The notes beneath the pieces were generated by a model. That model ran no database searches. It saw only the letters and a list, made by a program, of their open reading frames with translations, and was not told the DNA's origin. Positions 1-6,814 of a stretch of DNA of 8,453 nt are shown here, one piece after another (positions within the stretch are counted from its first letter, which is position 1; each line of letters begins with the position of its first letter). A program made the translations under genes and the position numbers. The stretch comes from Naegleria gruberi. Lineage: Eukaryota. The stretch lies in assembly GCA_000004985.1 (NCBI GenBank), contig GG739069.1. The stretch is one strand, 5' to 3'.

Positions 1-739
1 TAGAAAACAGTTGGTACATGTTATCCAACAGATTTTCCATATTATTCAATTCTTTCATAAATCTGGCCGAAACTAGAGTCTTGTGATGGACTAAACTAGC
101 ATAAAATCTATTTCTCAAGGTTTTTTCGTTATCCAAATAAAAATTAATAAGGGTATGATAATAGCTTGCTTTGATTTGATTTCCTTCTGCGACACAAGTC
201 ATAAACATCAAGTGACAAGAGGCACCCCAATAAAACTGTGTGATATGATCCACAGAAAGTGCTGCAATTTCACATTCTGCCCTTCTCAAAATATAATCCA
301 CATAGTCCAATTCACCCAACAGTTGTGAACTCAATGTCAAAATACCCAAATAGAAAGCATAAATACATCTCAATTCCCCCTTTGATTTTATCCATCCATC
401 ATTATGAAGCAATTCAACATCTTCCCCTCTCTCAAAACAATGCAAGTAATTATTCACAAAATGTACAAGTTTAGCCCTCTCAATCAGAGGATGAATACCA
501 CAAATGAAAGTAAAGTACAACTCAATCACCCTCATAGGTGTAATTGGAGAGGGTTTAGTTGTAAATATTCCAGCACTACCATTTGCATTATTGGTCATTG
601 TAATATCGGTACTACTCTGATCATCGGAAGTCTTTTTCTTAATAGTATCATCGGATGATGATGACGATGACTTGGATTTATCCTTTGATTTTAATGAATA
701 TAATTCAGAACCCTTTCCTCTCTTTTGTGGTGTATTGTA
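1..739 (-). CDS. Zn(2)-Cys(6) (Gal4-type) fungal transcription factor, exon 3, partial (continues past left edge)
   Basis: The reverse complement of 1-739 is open for 246 codons with no stop (YNTPQKRGKGSELYSLKSKDKSKSSSSSSDDTIKKK...VIELYFTFICGIHPLIERAKLVHF...NMENLLDNMYQLFS). It starts directly after a TTATAG acceptor whose TAG is in frame. The IELYF..HP.. stretch resembles the start of the fungal-specific TF middle domain. The ORF track misses it only because there is no stop inside the window. The track's plus-strand ORFs 259-474 and 404-658 are antisense shadows of this exon. Confidence 0.85.
653..670 (-). repeat. Imperfect trinucleotide tract encoding Ser6 within exon 3
   Basis: The plus strand reads GGATGATGATGACGATGA. 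On the coding strand this is TCA TCG TCA TCA TCA TCC (Ser x6). Confidence 0.6.
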
Positions 740-872
740 CTATAAGAAGTTTTCCATTCACATATTCATATGAATAGTGTAATTATTATTGTAATTAAAT
801 ATATCGAAATATGAAGTGATAATATTTTGATGATGGGGGTATAAGGAATATTTTCAATTAATTGAAACGTAC
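740..872 (-). other. Spliceosomal intron 2 of the Zn(2)-Cys(6) gene (133 nt, phase 0)
   Basis: A GTACGT donor follows ...GSECV immediately, and unspliced reading hits TAA at the fifth codon. The interior is A/T-rich. The TTATAG acceptor ends at 740. Splicing gives ...SECV|YNTPQKRG, the usual C.Y....KRG continuation after a zinc cluster. Confidence 0.7.
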
Positions 873-929
873 AACACATTCCGATCCGACTGCTAAACAC
901 TTTGAGCATCCACTTAATTTCTTATCACA
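873..929 (-). CDS. Zn(2)-Cys(6) transcription factor, exon 2 (second half of the zinc cluster)
   Basis: These 57 nt encode CDKKLSGCSKCLAVGSECV. Joined to exon 1 they give ACIRCRKLHKKCDKKLSGCSKCLAVGSECVY, which is C-X2-C-X6-C-X6-C-X2-C-X6-C. This aligns position for position with the Gal4 cluster as I remember it ([31 protein letters not shown]). Confidence 0.85.
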
Positions 930-978
930 CTATTTTGATGAAGTTTTTAAATGAAAGTTTTAAAAGATGAAAACAAAC
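930..978 (-). other. Spliceosomal intron 1 of the Zn(2)-Cys(6) gene (49 nt, phase 0)
   Basis: The donor is GTTTGT (starts at 978) and the acceptor AAAATAG ends at 930. I count 10 G/C in 49 nt. Unspliced reading gives the ORF-track tail VCFHLLKLSFKNFIKIV* and breaks the cysteine spacing. Splicing places Cys3 (TGT, 929-927) exactly 6 residues after Cys2. Confidence 0.85.
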
Positions 979-1134
979 CTTTTTATGCAATTTTCTACAT
1001 CGAATACATGCAATGGGATGGCAATCTCCACTAAACGTCAATTGATTCATTTGCTGATGTTCCTGTTGTTTGTCATTACTTTCACTATTATCGGGAGGAG
1101 ATGATGATGATGAAGGATCCACTTGATGAAACAT
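979..1134 (-). CDS. Zn(2)-Cys(6) transcription factor, exon 1 (start codon and first two cysteines)
   Basis: The ATG at 1134-1132 sits in an A-run context (AAAAAAATG), with an in-frame TAA five codons upstream. The 52 codons read MFHQVDPSSSSSPPDNSESNDKQQEHQQMNQLTFSGDCHPIACIRCRKLHKK and end at AAG|GTTTGT. Confidence 0.9.
1099..1113 (-). repeat. (TCA)4 TCT trinucleotide tract encoding Ser5 in exon 1
   Basis: The plus strand reads AGATGATGATGATGA. On the coding strand this is TCA TCA TCA TCA TCT. Confidence 0.6.
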
Positions 1135-1283
1135 TTTTTTCGTAGTTTAAAGTAACTAGTCGATCGGTTCTGCATGCCAAAACCAGAGAATGCATTGGCC
1201 AAGTTTGAATGTGGTTGGAAATGTTGGTAAAGTGCTTCGGCGGGGTGGAGTTTTTAATATGTACGCCTTTAACAATGTTGTAA

Positions 1284-1309
1284 AAATATTTAAATATTTA
1301 AAAAAAAAA
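1284..1309. promoter_or_regulatory. Putative bidirectional TATA-like element plus A-tract in the divergent promoter
   Basis: AAATATTT occurs twice in tandem (1284-1291, 1292-1299). Each 8-mer is its own reverse complement. A10 follows (1300-1309). The element lies between divergent ATGs at 1134 (-) and 1466 (+). This is position and composition only, with no functional evidence. Confidence 0.25.
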
Positions 1310-1465
1310 TATCCACAGTAATTCTACTAACCAATGTTATTACAGCAAAATCATCCTCCTTAGAATTTGTATCTTTAAAACGGAACAAACCTAACTAGAG
1401 AGAACAAAGAGGATCACTACAAGTTAAACAATAACAATTATCGTACTTAAACCAGAAAGAAAAAA

Positions 1466-1777
1466 ATGATTGGTGCTGGTGGTATGCCAGGTGCCGGTGC
1501 CGATGCTGCTGGTTCTTCCGATGATGCTCCTCCATCTGGTGCTCAACCAAAACTCTCTCGACTCTTACAAATTGAACAAGATTTTGCTGCAAAAGATGAC
1601 CTTGGTATTATTTCCGAAATACATGATAGTAACCAAAAGATTCTGTTGATATCATGCCACACCTTGAATGCGGATCATTCTCTCAACACGGATCATGTAA
1701 TAGTCAAGATTGATACCATCATTAGATCATACAAGATCCGAAATCCCAATACCACAATCAAGGCACCTCTCATGATT
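1466..1777 (+). CDS. 5' end of an unidentified protein-coding gene (G/A/P-rich N-terminus), truncated by the N gap
   Basis: The ATG at 1466 is in the context GAAAAAAATG, the same style as the ATGs at 1134 and 6959. The frame is open for 104 codons up to the N run. All three frames have stops in the ~120 nt upstream. The protein starts MIGAGGMPGAGADAAGSSDDAPPSGAQPK. I count 50 G/C in the 90 nt of 1466-1555, well above the surrounding sequence. I recognise no family, and internal introns cannot be excluded. Confidence 0.55.
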
Positions 1778-4700
1778 NNNNNNNNNNNNNNNNNNNNNNN
1801 NNNNNNNNNNNNNNNNNNNNNNNNNNNNNNNNNNNNNNNNNNNNNNNNNNNNNNNNNNNNNNNNNNNNNNNNNNNNNNNNNNNNNNNNNNNNNNNNNNNN
1901 NNNNNNNNNNNNNNNNNNNNNNNNNNNNNNNNNNNNNNNNNNNNNNNNNNNNNNNNNNNNNNNNNNNNNNNNNNNNNNNNNNNNNNNNNNNNNNNNNNNN
2001 NNNNNNNNNNNNNNNNNNNNNNNNNNNNNNNNNNNNNNNNNNNNNNNNNNNNNNNNNNNNNNNNNNNNNNNNNNNNNNNNNNNNNNNNNNNNNNNNNNNN
2101 NNNNNNNNNNNNNNNNNNNNNNNNNNNNNNNNNNNNNNNNNNNNNNNNNNNNNNNNNNNNNNNNNNNNNNNNNNNNNNNNNNNNNNNNNNNNNNNNNNNN
2201 NNNNNNNNNNNNNNNNNNNNNNNNNNNNNNNNNNNNNNNNNNNNNNNNNNNNNNNNNNNNNNNNNNNNNNNNNNNNNNNNNNNNNNNNNNNNNNNNNNNN
2301 NNNNNNNNNNNNNNNNNNNNNNNNNNNNNNNNNNNNNNNNNNNNNNNNNNNNNNNNNNNNNNNNNNNNNNNNNNNNNNNNNNNNNNNNNNNNNNNNNNNN
2401 NNNNNNNNNNNNNNNNNNNNNNNNNNNNNNNNNNNNNNNNNNNNNNNNNNNNNNNNNNNNNNNNNNNNNNNNNNNNNNNNNNNNNNNNNNNNNNNNNNNN
2501 NNNNNNNNNNNNNNNNNNNNNNNNNNNNNNNNNNNNNNNNNNNNNNNNNNNNNNNNNNNNNNNNNNNNNNNNNNNNNNNNNNNNNNNNNNNNNNNNNNNN
2601 NNNNNNNNNNNNNNNNNNNNNNNNNNNNNNNNNNNNNNNNNNNNNNNNNNNNNNNNNNNNNNNNNNNNNNNNNNNNNNNNNNNNNNNNNNNNNNNNNNNN
2701 NNNNNNNNNNNNNNNNNNNNNNNNNNNNNNNNNNNNNNNNNNNNNNNNNNNNNNNNNNNNNNNNNNNNNNNNNNNNNNNNNNNNNNNNNNNNNNNNNNNN
2801 NNNNNNNNNNNNNNNNNNNNNNNNNNNNNNNNNNNNNNNNNNNNNNNNNNNNNNNNNNNNNNNNNNNNNNNNNNNNNNNNNNNNNNNNNNNNNNNNNNNN
2901 NNNNNNNNNNNNNNNNNNNNNNNNNNNNNNNNNNNNNNNNNNNNNNNNNNNNNNNNNNNNNNNNNNNNNNNNNNNNNNNNNNNNNNNNNNNNNNNNNNNN
3001 NNNNNNNNNNNNNNNNNNNNNNNNNNNNNNNNNNNNNNNNNNNNNNNNNNNNNNNNNNNNNNNNNNNNNNNNNNNNNNNNNNNNNNNNNNNNNNNNNNNN
3101 NNNNNNNNNNNNNNNNNNNNNNNNNNNNNNNNNNNNNNNNNNNNNNNNNNNNNNNNNNNNNNNNNNNNNNNNNNNNNNNNNNNNNNNNNNNNNNNNNNNN
3201 NNNNNNNNNNNNNNNNNNNNNNNNNNNNNNNNNNNNNNNNNNNNNNNNNNNNNNNNNNNNNNNNNNNNNNNNNNNNNNNNNNNNNNNNNNNNNNNNNNNN
3301 NNNNNNNNNNNNNNNNNNNNNNNNNNNNNNNNNNNNNNNNNNNNNNNNNNNNNNNNNNNNNNNNNNNNNNNNNNNNNNNNNNNNNNNNNNNNNNNNNNNN
3401 NNNNNNNNNNNNNNNNNNNNNNNNNNNNNNNNNNNNNNNNNNNNNNNNNNNNNNNNNNNNNNNNNNNNNNNNNNNNNNNNNNNNNNNNNNNNNNNNNNNN
3501 NNNNNNNNNNNNNNNNNNNNNNNNNNNNNNNNNNNNNNNNNNNNNNNNNNNNNNNNNNNNNNNNNNNNNNNNNNNNNNNNNNNNNNNNNNNNNNNNNNNN
3601 NNNNNNNNNNNNNNNNNNNNNNNNNNNNNNNNNNNNNNNNNNNNNNNNNNNNNNNNNNNNNNNNNNNNNNNNNNNNNNNNNNNNNNNNNNNNNNNNNNNN
3701 NNNNNNNNNNNNNNNNNNNNNNNNNNNNNNNNNNNNNNNNNNNNNNNNNNNNNNNNNNNNNNNNNNNNNNNNNNNNNNNNNNNNNNNNNNNNNNNNNNNN
3801 NNNNNNNNNNNNNNNNNNNNNNNNNNNNNNNNNNNNNNNNNNNNNNNNNNNNNNNNNNNNNNNNNNNNNNNNNNNNNNNNNNNNNNNNNNNNNNNNNNNN
3901 NNNNNNNNNNNNNNNNNNNNNNNNNNNNNNNNNNNNNNNNNNNNNNNNNNNNNNNNNNNNNNNNNNNNNNNNNNNNNNNNNNNNNNNNNNNNNNNNNNNN
4001 NNNNNNNNNNNNNNNNNNNNNNNNNNNNNNNNNNNNNNNNNNNNNNNNNNNNNNNNNNNNNNNNNNNNNNNNNNNNNNNNNNNNNNNNNNNNNNNNNNNN
4101 NNNNNNNNNNNNNNNNNNNNNNNNNNNNNNNNNNNNNNNNNNNNNNNNNNNNNNNNNNNNNNNNNNNNNNNNNNNNNNNNNNNNNNNNNNNNNNNNNNNN
4201 NNNNNNNNNNNNNNNNNNNNNNNNNNNNNNNNNNNNNNNNNNNNNNNNNNNNNNNNNNNNNNNNNNNNNNNNNNNNNNNNNNNNNNNNNNNNNNNNNNNN
4301 NNNNNNNNNNNNNNNNNNNNNNNNNNNNNNNNNNNNNNNNNNNNNNNNNNNNNNNNNNNNNNNNNNNNNNNNNNNNNNNNNNNNNNNNNNNNNNNNNNNN
4401 NNNNNNNNNNNNNNNNNNNNNNNNNNNNNNNNNNNNNNNNNNNNNNNNNNNNNNNNNNNNNNNNNNNNNNNNNNNNNNNNNNNNNNNNNNNNNNNNNNNN
4501 NNNNNNNNNNNNNNNNNNNNNNNNNNNNNNNNNNNNNNNNNNNNNNNNNNNNNNNNNNNNNNNNNNNNNNNNNNNNNNNNNNNNNNNNNNNNNNNNNNNN
4601 NNNNNNNNNNNNNNNNNNNNNNNNNNNNNNNNNNNNNNNNNNNNNNNNNNNNNNNNNNNNNNNNNNNNNNNNNNNNNNNNNNNNNNNNNNNNNNNNNNNN

Positions 4701-5892
4701 NNNNNNNNNNNNNNNNNNNNNNNNNNNNNNNNNNNNNNNNNNNNNNNNNNNNNNNNNNNNNNNNNNNNNNNNNNNNNNNNNNNNNNNNNNNNNNNNNNNN
4801 NNNNNNNNNNNNNNNNNNNNNNNNNNNNNNNNNNNNNNNNNNNNNNNNNNNNNNNNNNNNNNNNNNNNNNNNNNNNNNNNNNNNNNNNNNNNNNNNNNNN
4901 NNNNNNNNNNNNNNNNNNNNNNNNNNNNNNNNNNNNNNNNNNNNNNNNNNNNNNNNNNNNNNNNNNNNNNNNNNNNNNNNNNNNNNNNNNNNNNNNNNNN
5001 NNNNNNNNNNNNNNNNNNNNNNNNNNNNNNNNNNNNNNNNNNNNNNNNNNNNNNNNNNNNNNNNNNNNNNNNNNNNNNNNNNNNNNNNNNNNNNNNNNNN
5101 NNNNNNNNNNNNNNNNNNNNNNNNNNNNNNNNNNNNNNNNNNNNNNNNNNNNNNNNNNNNNNNNNNNNNNNNNNNNNNNNNNNNNNNNNNNNNNNNNNNN
5201 NNNNNNNNNNNNNNNNNNNNNNNNNNNNNNNNNNNNNNNNNNNNNNNNNNNNNNNNNNNNNNNNNNNNNNNNNNNNNNNNNNNNNNNNNNNNNNNNNNNN
5301 NNNNNNNNNNNNNNNNNNNNNNNNNNNNNNNNNNNNNNNNNNNNNNNNNNNNNNNNNNNNNNNNNNNNNNNNNNNNNNNNNNNNNNNNNNNNNNNNNNNN
5401 NNNNNNNNNNNNNNNNNNNNNNNNNNNNNNNNNNNNNNNNNNNNNNNNNNNNNNNNNNNNNNNNNNNNNNNNNNNNNNNNNNNNNNNNNNNNNNNNNNNN
5501 NNNNNNNNNNNNNNNNNNNNNNNNNNNNNNNNNNNNNNNNNNNNNNNNNNNNNNNNNNNNNNNNNNNNNNNNNNNNNNNNNNNNNNNNNNNNNNNNNNNN
5601 NNNNNNNNNNNNNNNNNNNNNNNNNNNNNNNNNNNNNNNNNNNNNNNNNNNNNNNNNNNNNNNNNNNNNNNNNNNNNNNNNNNNNNNNNNNNNNNNNNNN
5701 NNNNNNNNNNNNNNNNNNNNNNNNNNNNNNNNNNNNNNNNNNNNNNNNNNNNNNNNNNNNNNNNNNNNNNNNNNNNNNNNNNNNNNNNNNNNNNNNNNNN
5801 NNNNNNNNNNNNNNNNNNNNNNNNNNNNNNNNNNNNNNNNNNNNNNNNNNNNNNNNNNNNNNNNNNNNNNNNNNNNNNNNNNNNNNNNNNNN
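1778..5892. other. Run of 4,115 N (assembly gap or masked sequence)
   Basis: The N run is uninterrupted in the sequence as given. The X-filled ORFs 1466-6058 (+) and 1770-5936 (-) in the track are artefacts of it. Confidence 0.99.
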
Positions 5893-5893
5893 G

Positions 5894-6616
5894 CTAATAG
5901 GTGATATGAGAACACAATCAAAAATCCGTCAAGCACTTCACCACGTCGAACAGGGAGCTGCTGAATCTTATACTCCTCTCCTCAAATATCGTCAAGAAGA
6001 TTTACGTGTTTATCAAGTTGCTAAGAAATTGCATACCATGTGGCAAGAAAGCGACTAGGAAAAGCCAATTACATATGATGATATCGAATTTGCCTTCAAC
6101 TTGTACAAAGTACATTGCGAAAATATGAAAATGATGAAGAGTGAATACTCTCTTGAATATACCAAGTTGATGAAGGTTCTCATTAATATTGTTTTGGTAA
6201 ACAGAGAATATTGCAAGGTTGCCAAACAAGTTCTCAATGAATCAACAAAGAAATACAAGAAGGATATTTCATCAATTGAATCGGCAATTGAATCTAAATT
6301 GAAGGAATATGAATCAACTCAAAGTAATCAAGACAAACTTTTAATGCTCAGACTCTCCTCATACACCATTCAATCTATTTCTAAATTAGACTCTGATTTG
6401 GATGCTTATGAAAATATGGTTGTCCAATGTGTGAAATTGATGTATCCAGAAAGATGTATTATCTATGATTTGGACCTTTGTAAAAAACTTCTTTACATTT
6501 GCCGTACTACAACAGCTTCTTCCCTTTTGGAAAAGAGCAAGGAAATTATGGATGTTTCCTCAGTTCACTATGATAGAGAAAAACTCTTCCAACAAGCTAT
6601 TATTAGGGACAATTAA
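5894..6616 (+). CDS. 3' end of an unidentified protein-coding gene, with one in-frame TAG at 6056-6058
   Basis: One frame is open from the gap edge to TAA 6614-6616, apart from a single TAG (...KKLHTMWQESD*EKPITYDDIEFAFNLYKV...). The 185 codons after the TAG are K/E/L-rich and partly coiled-coil-like (SIESAIESKLKEYESTQSNQDKLL). The track's start at 6101 is a TTG called under bacterial rules. I recognise no family. This could be one gene with an in-frame intron or read-through, or a gene disrupted by a nonsense change. Confidence 0.6.
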
Positions 6617-6630
6617 GGTCATCAAATGTA

Positions 6631-6673
6631 GCCCGTCTAGCTCAGTCGGTAGAGCGTCAGACTGTTAATCTGC
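6631..6673 (+). pseudogene. tRNA-like 5' half (anticodon GUU, Asn-type), lacking variable loop, T arm and 3' acceptor strand
   Basis: The sequence parses as GCCCGTC TA GCTC AGTCGGTA GAGC G TCAGA CTGTTAA TCTGC. That is the acceptor 5' strand, a canonical D arm and box A (TAGCTCAGTCGGTAGAGC), and an anticodon stem of 4 bp plus one U:C. The 7-nt loop has U33, GUU and A37. What follows is CAACAAATTTTGAAATGAAAAAAAG, with no GGTTCGA-type T arm and no GACGGGC acceptor complement. Confidence 0.7.
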
Positions 6674-6679
6674 AACAAA

Positions 6680-6683
6680 TTTT
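6680..6683 (+). terminator. Possible minimal Pol III terminator (TTTT) after the tRNA-like half
   Basis: Four Ts lie 7 nt after the anticodon-stem remnant. The run is short and could be chance in AT-rich DNA. Confidence 0.2.
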
Positions 6684-6689
6684 GAAATG

Positions 6690-6696
6690 AAAAAAA
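6690..6696 (-). terminator. Pol III terminator (T7) of the 5S rRNA gene
   Basis: The minus strand reads ...GGTGCTGTAGTC TTTTTTT C. The oligo-T run lies immediately at the 5S 3' end. Confidence 0.8.
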
Positions 6697-6814
6697 GACT
6701 ACAGCACCACAGGTTCCCAAGTTGTCTCCAACCTCAGTACTGATGTGGCTCGACGATGCTTAACTTCTCAAATCGGACGGGATGAGGTGCATTCATCGTG
6801 ATATGGCCGTAGCC
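6696..6814 (-). rRNA. 5S ribosomal RNA gene
   Basis: The minus strand reads GGCTACGGCCATATCACGATGAATGCACCTCATCCCGTCCGATTTGAGAAGTTAAGCATCGTCGAGCCACATCAGTACTGAGGTTGGAGACAACTTGGGAACCTGTGGTGCTGTAGTCT (119 nt). It carries the conserved eukaryotic 5S blocks CGGCCATA, CCCGTCCGAT, GAAGTTAAGC, AGTACT, GGGAA and GGTGCTGTAG. The 5' and 3' ends pair as helix I (GGCTACGG with CTGTAGTC, allowing G-U). A T7 run follows. The exact ends are good to 1-2 nt. Confidence 0.92.

Noticed and set aside
259-658. Plus-strand ORFs 259-474 and 404-658.
   Set aside because: They start at GTG or an internal ATG under bacterial rules and have low-complexity, odd composition. They lie antisense to a 246-codon open frame that carries recognisable fungal TF sequence, so they are shadow ORFs.
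1261-1345. An 85-nt intron-like unit on the plus strand: GTACGC donor, perfect TACTAAC at 1324-1330, TTATTACAG acceptor at 1345.
   Set aside because: All three frames downstream have stops before 1466, so it could only be a 5' UTR intron. It would span the TATA-like element and A10 tract and place exon 1 almost on top of the divergent gene's ATG. TACTAAC overlaps a CCAAT box, and none of the three verified introns uses TACTAAC. It remains possible but unsupported, and 5' RACE would settle it.
1395-1592. Minus-strand ORF (His/Gln-rich, 65 aa) over the start of the 1466 gene.
   Set aside because: It is the complement of the Gly/Ala/Pro-rich codon run and crosses the A-run and ATG context. It has no start context or homology features, so it is an antisense shadow.
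1466-6058. ORF-track proteins of 1,530 aa (plus strand) and 1,388 aa (minus strand, 1770-5936) that look like giant genes.
   Set aside because: More than 1,370 residues of each are X translated from N. Only 1466-1777 and 5894-6058 carry information, and frame continuity across an N run is uninformative. The real part of the minus-strand ORF is only a few codons.
6002-6258. Minus-strand ORFs 6002-6229 and 6055-6258.
   Set aside because: They are antisense to the long K/E/L-rich plus-strand frame, have an Ile/Phe/Asn-rich composition typical of AT-rich shadow frames, and overlap each other.
6465-6668. Plus-strand ORF 6465-6668 in an alternative frame.
   Set aside because: It overlaps the main frame out of phase and runs through the tRNA-like element, so it is not credible as coding.
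6712-6722. GGTTCCCAAGT as a possible box B downstream of the tRNA-like box A, by analogy with the downstream B block of yeast U6.
   Set aside because: It is the antisense of 5S sequence (ACTTGGGAACC) and mismatches the invariant positions of GGTTCGANNCC. It lies beyond the TTTT run. There is no basis to call it functional.
6776-6782. GACGGGA, a near-complement of the tRNA acceptor 5' strand (GCCCGTC), suggested a complete tRNA with a ~100-nt insertion or intron.
   Set aside because: It is the antisense of the universally conserved 5S block CCCGTCCGAT. No T arm or anticodon-stem 3' strand accompanies it, so the match is coincidental.
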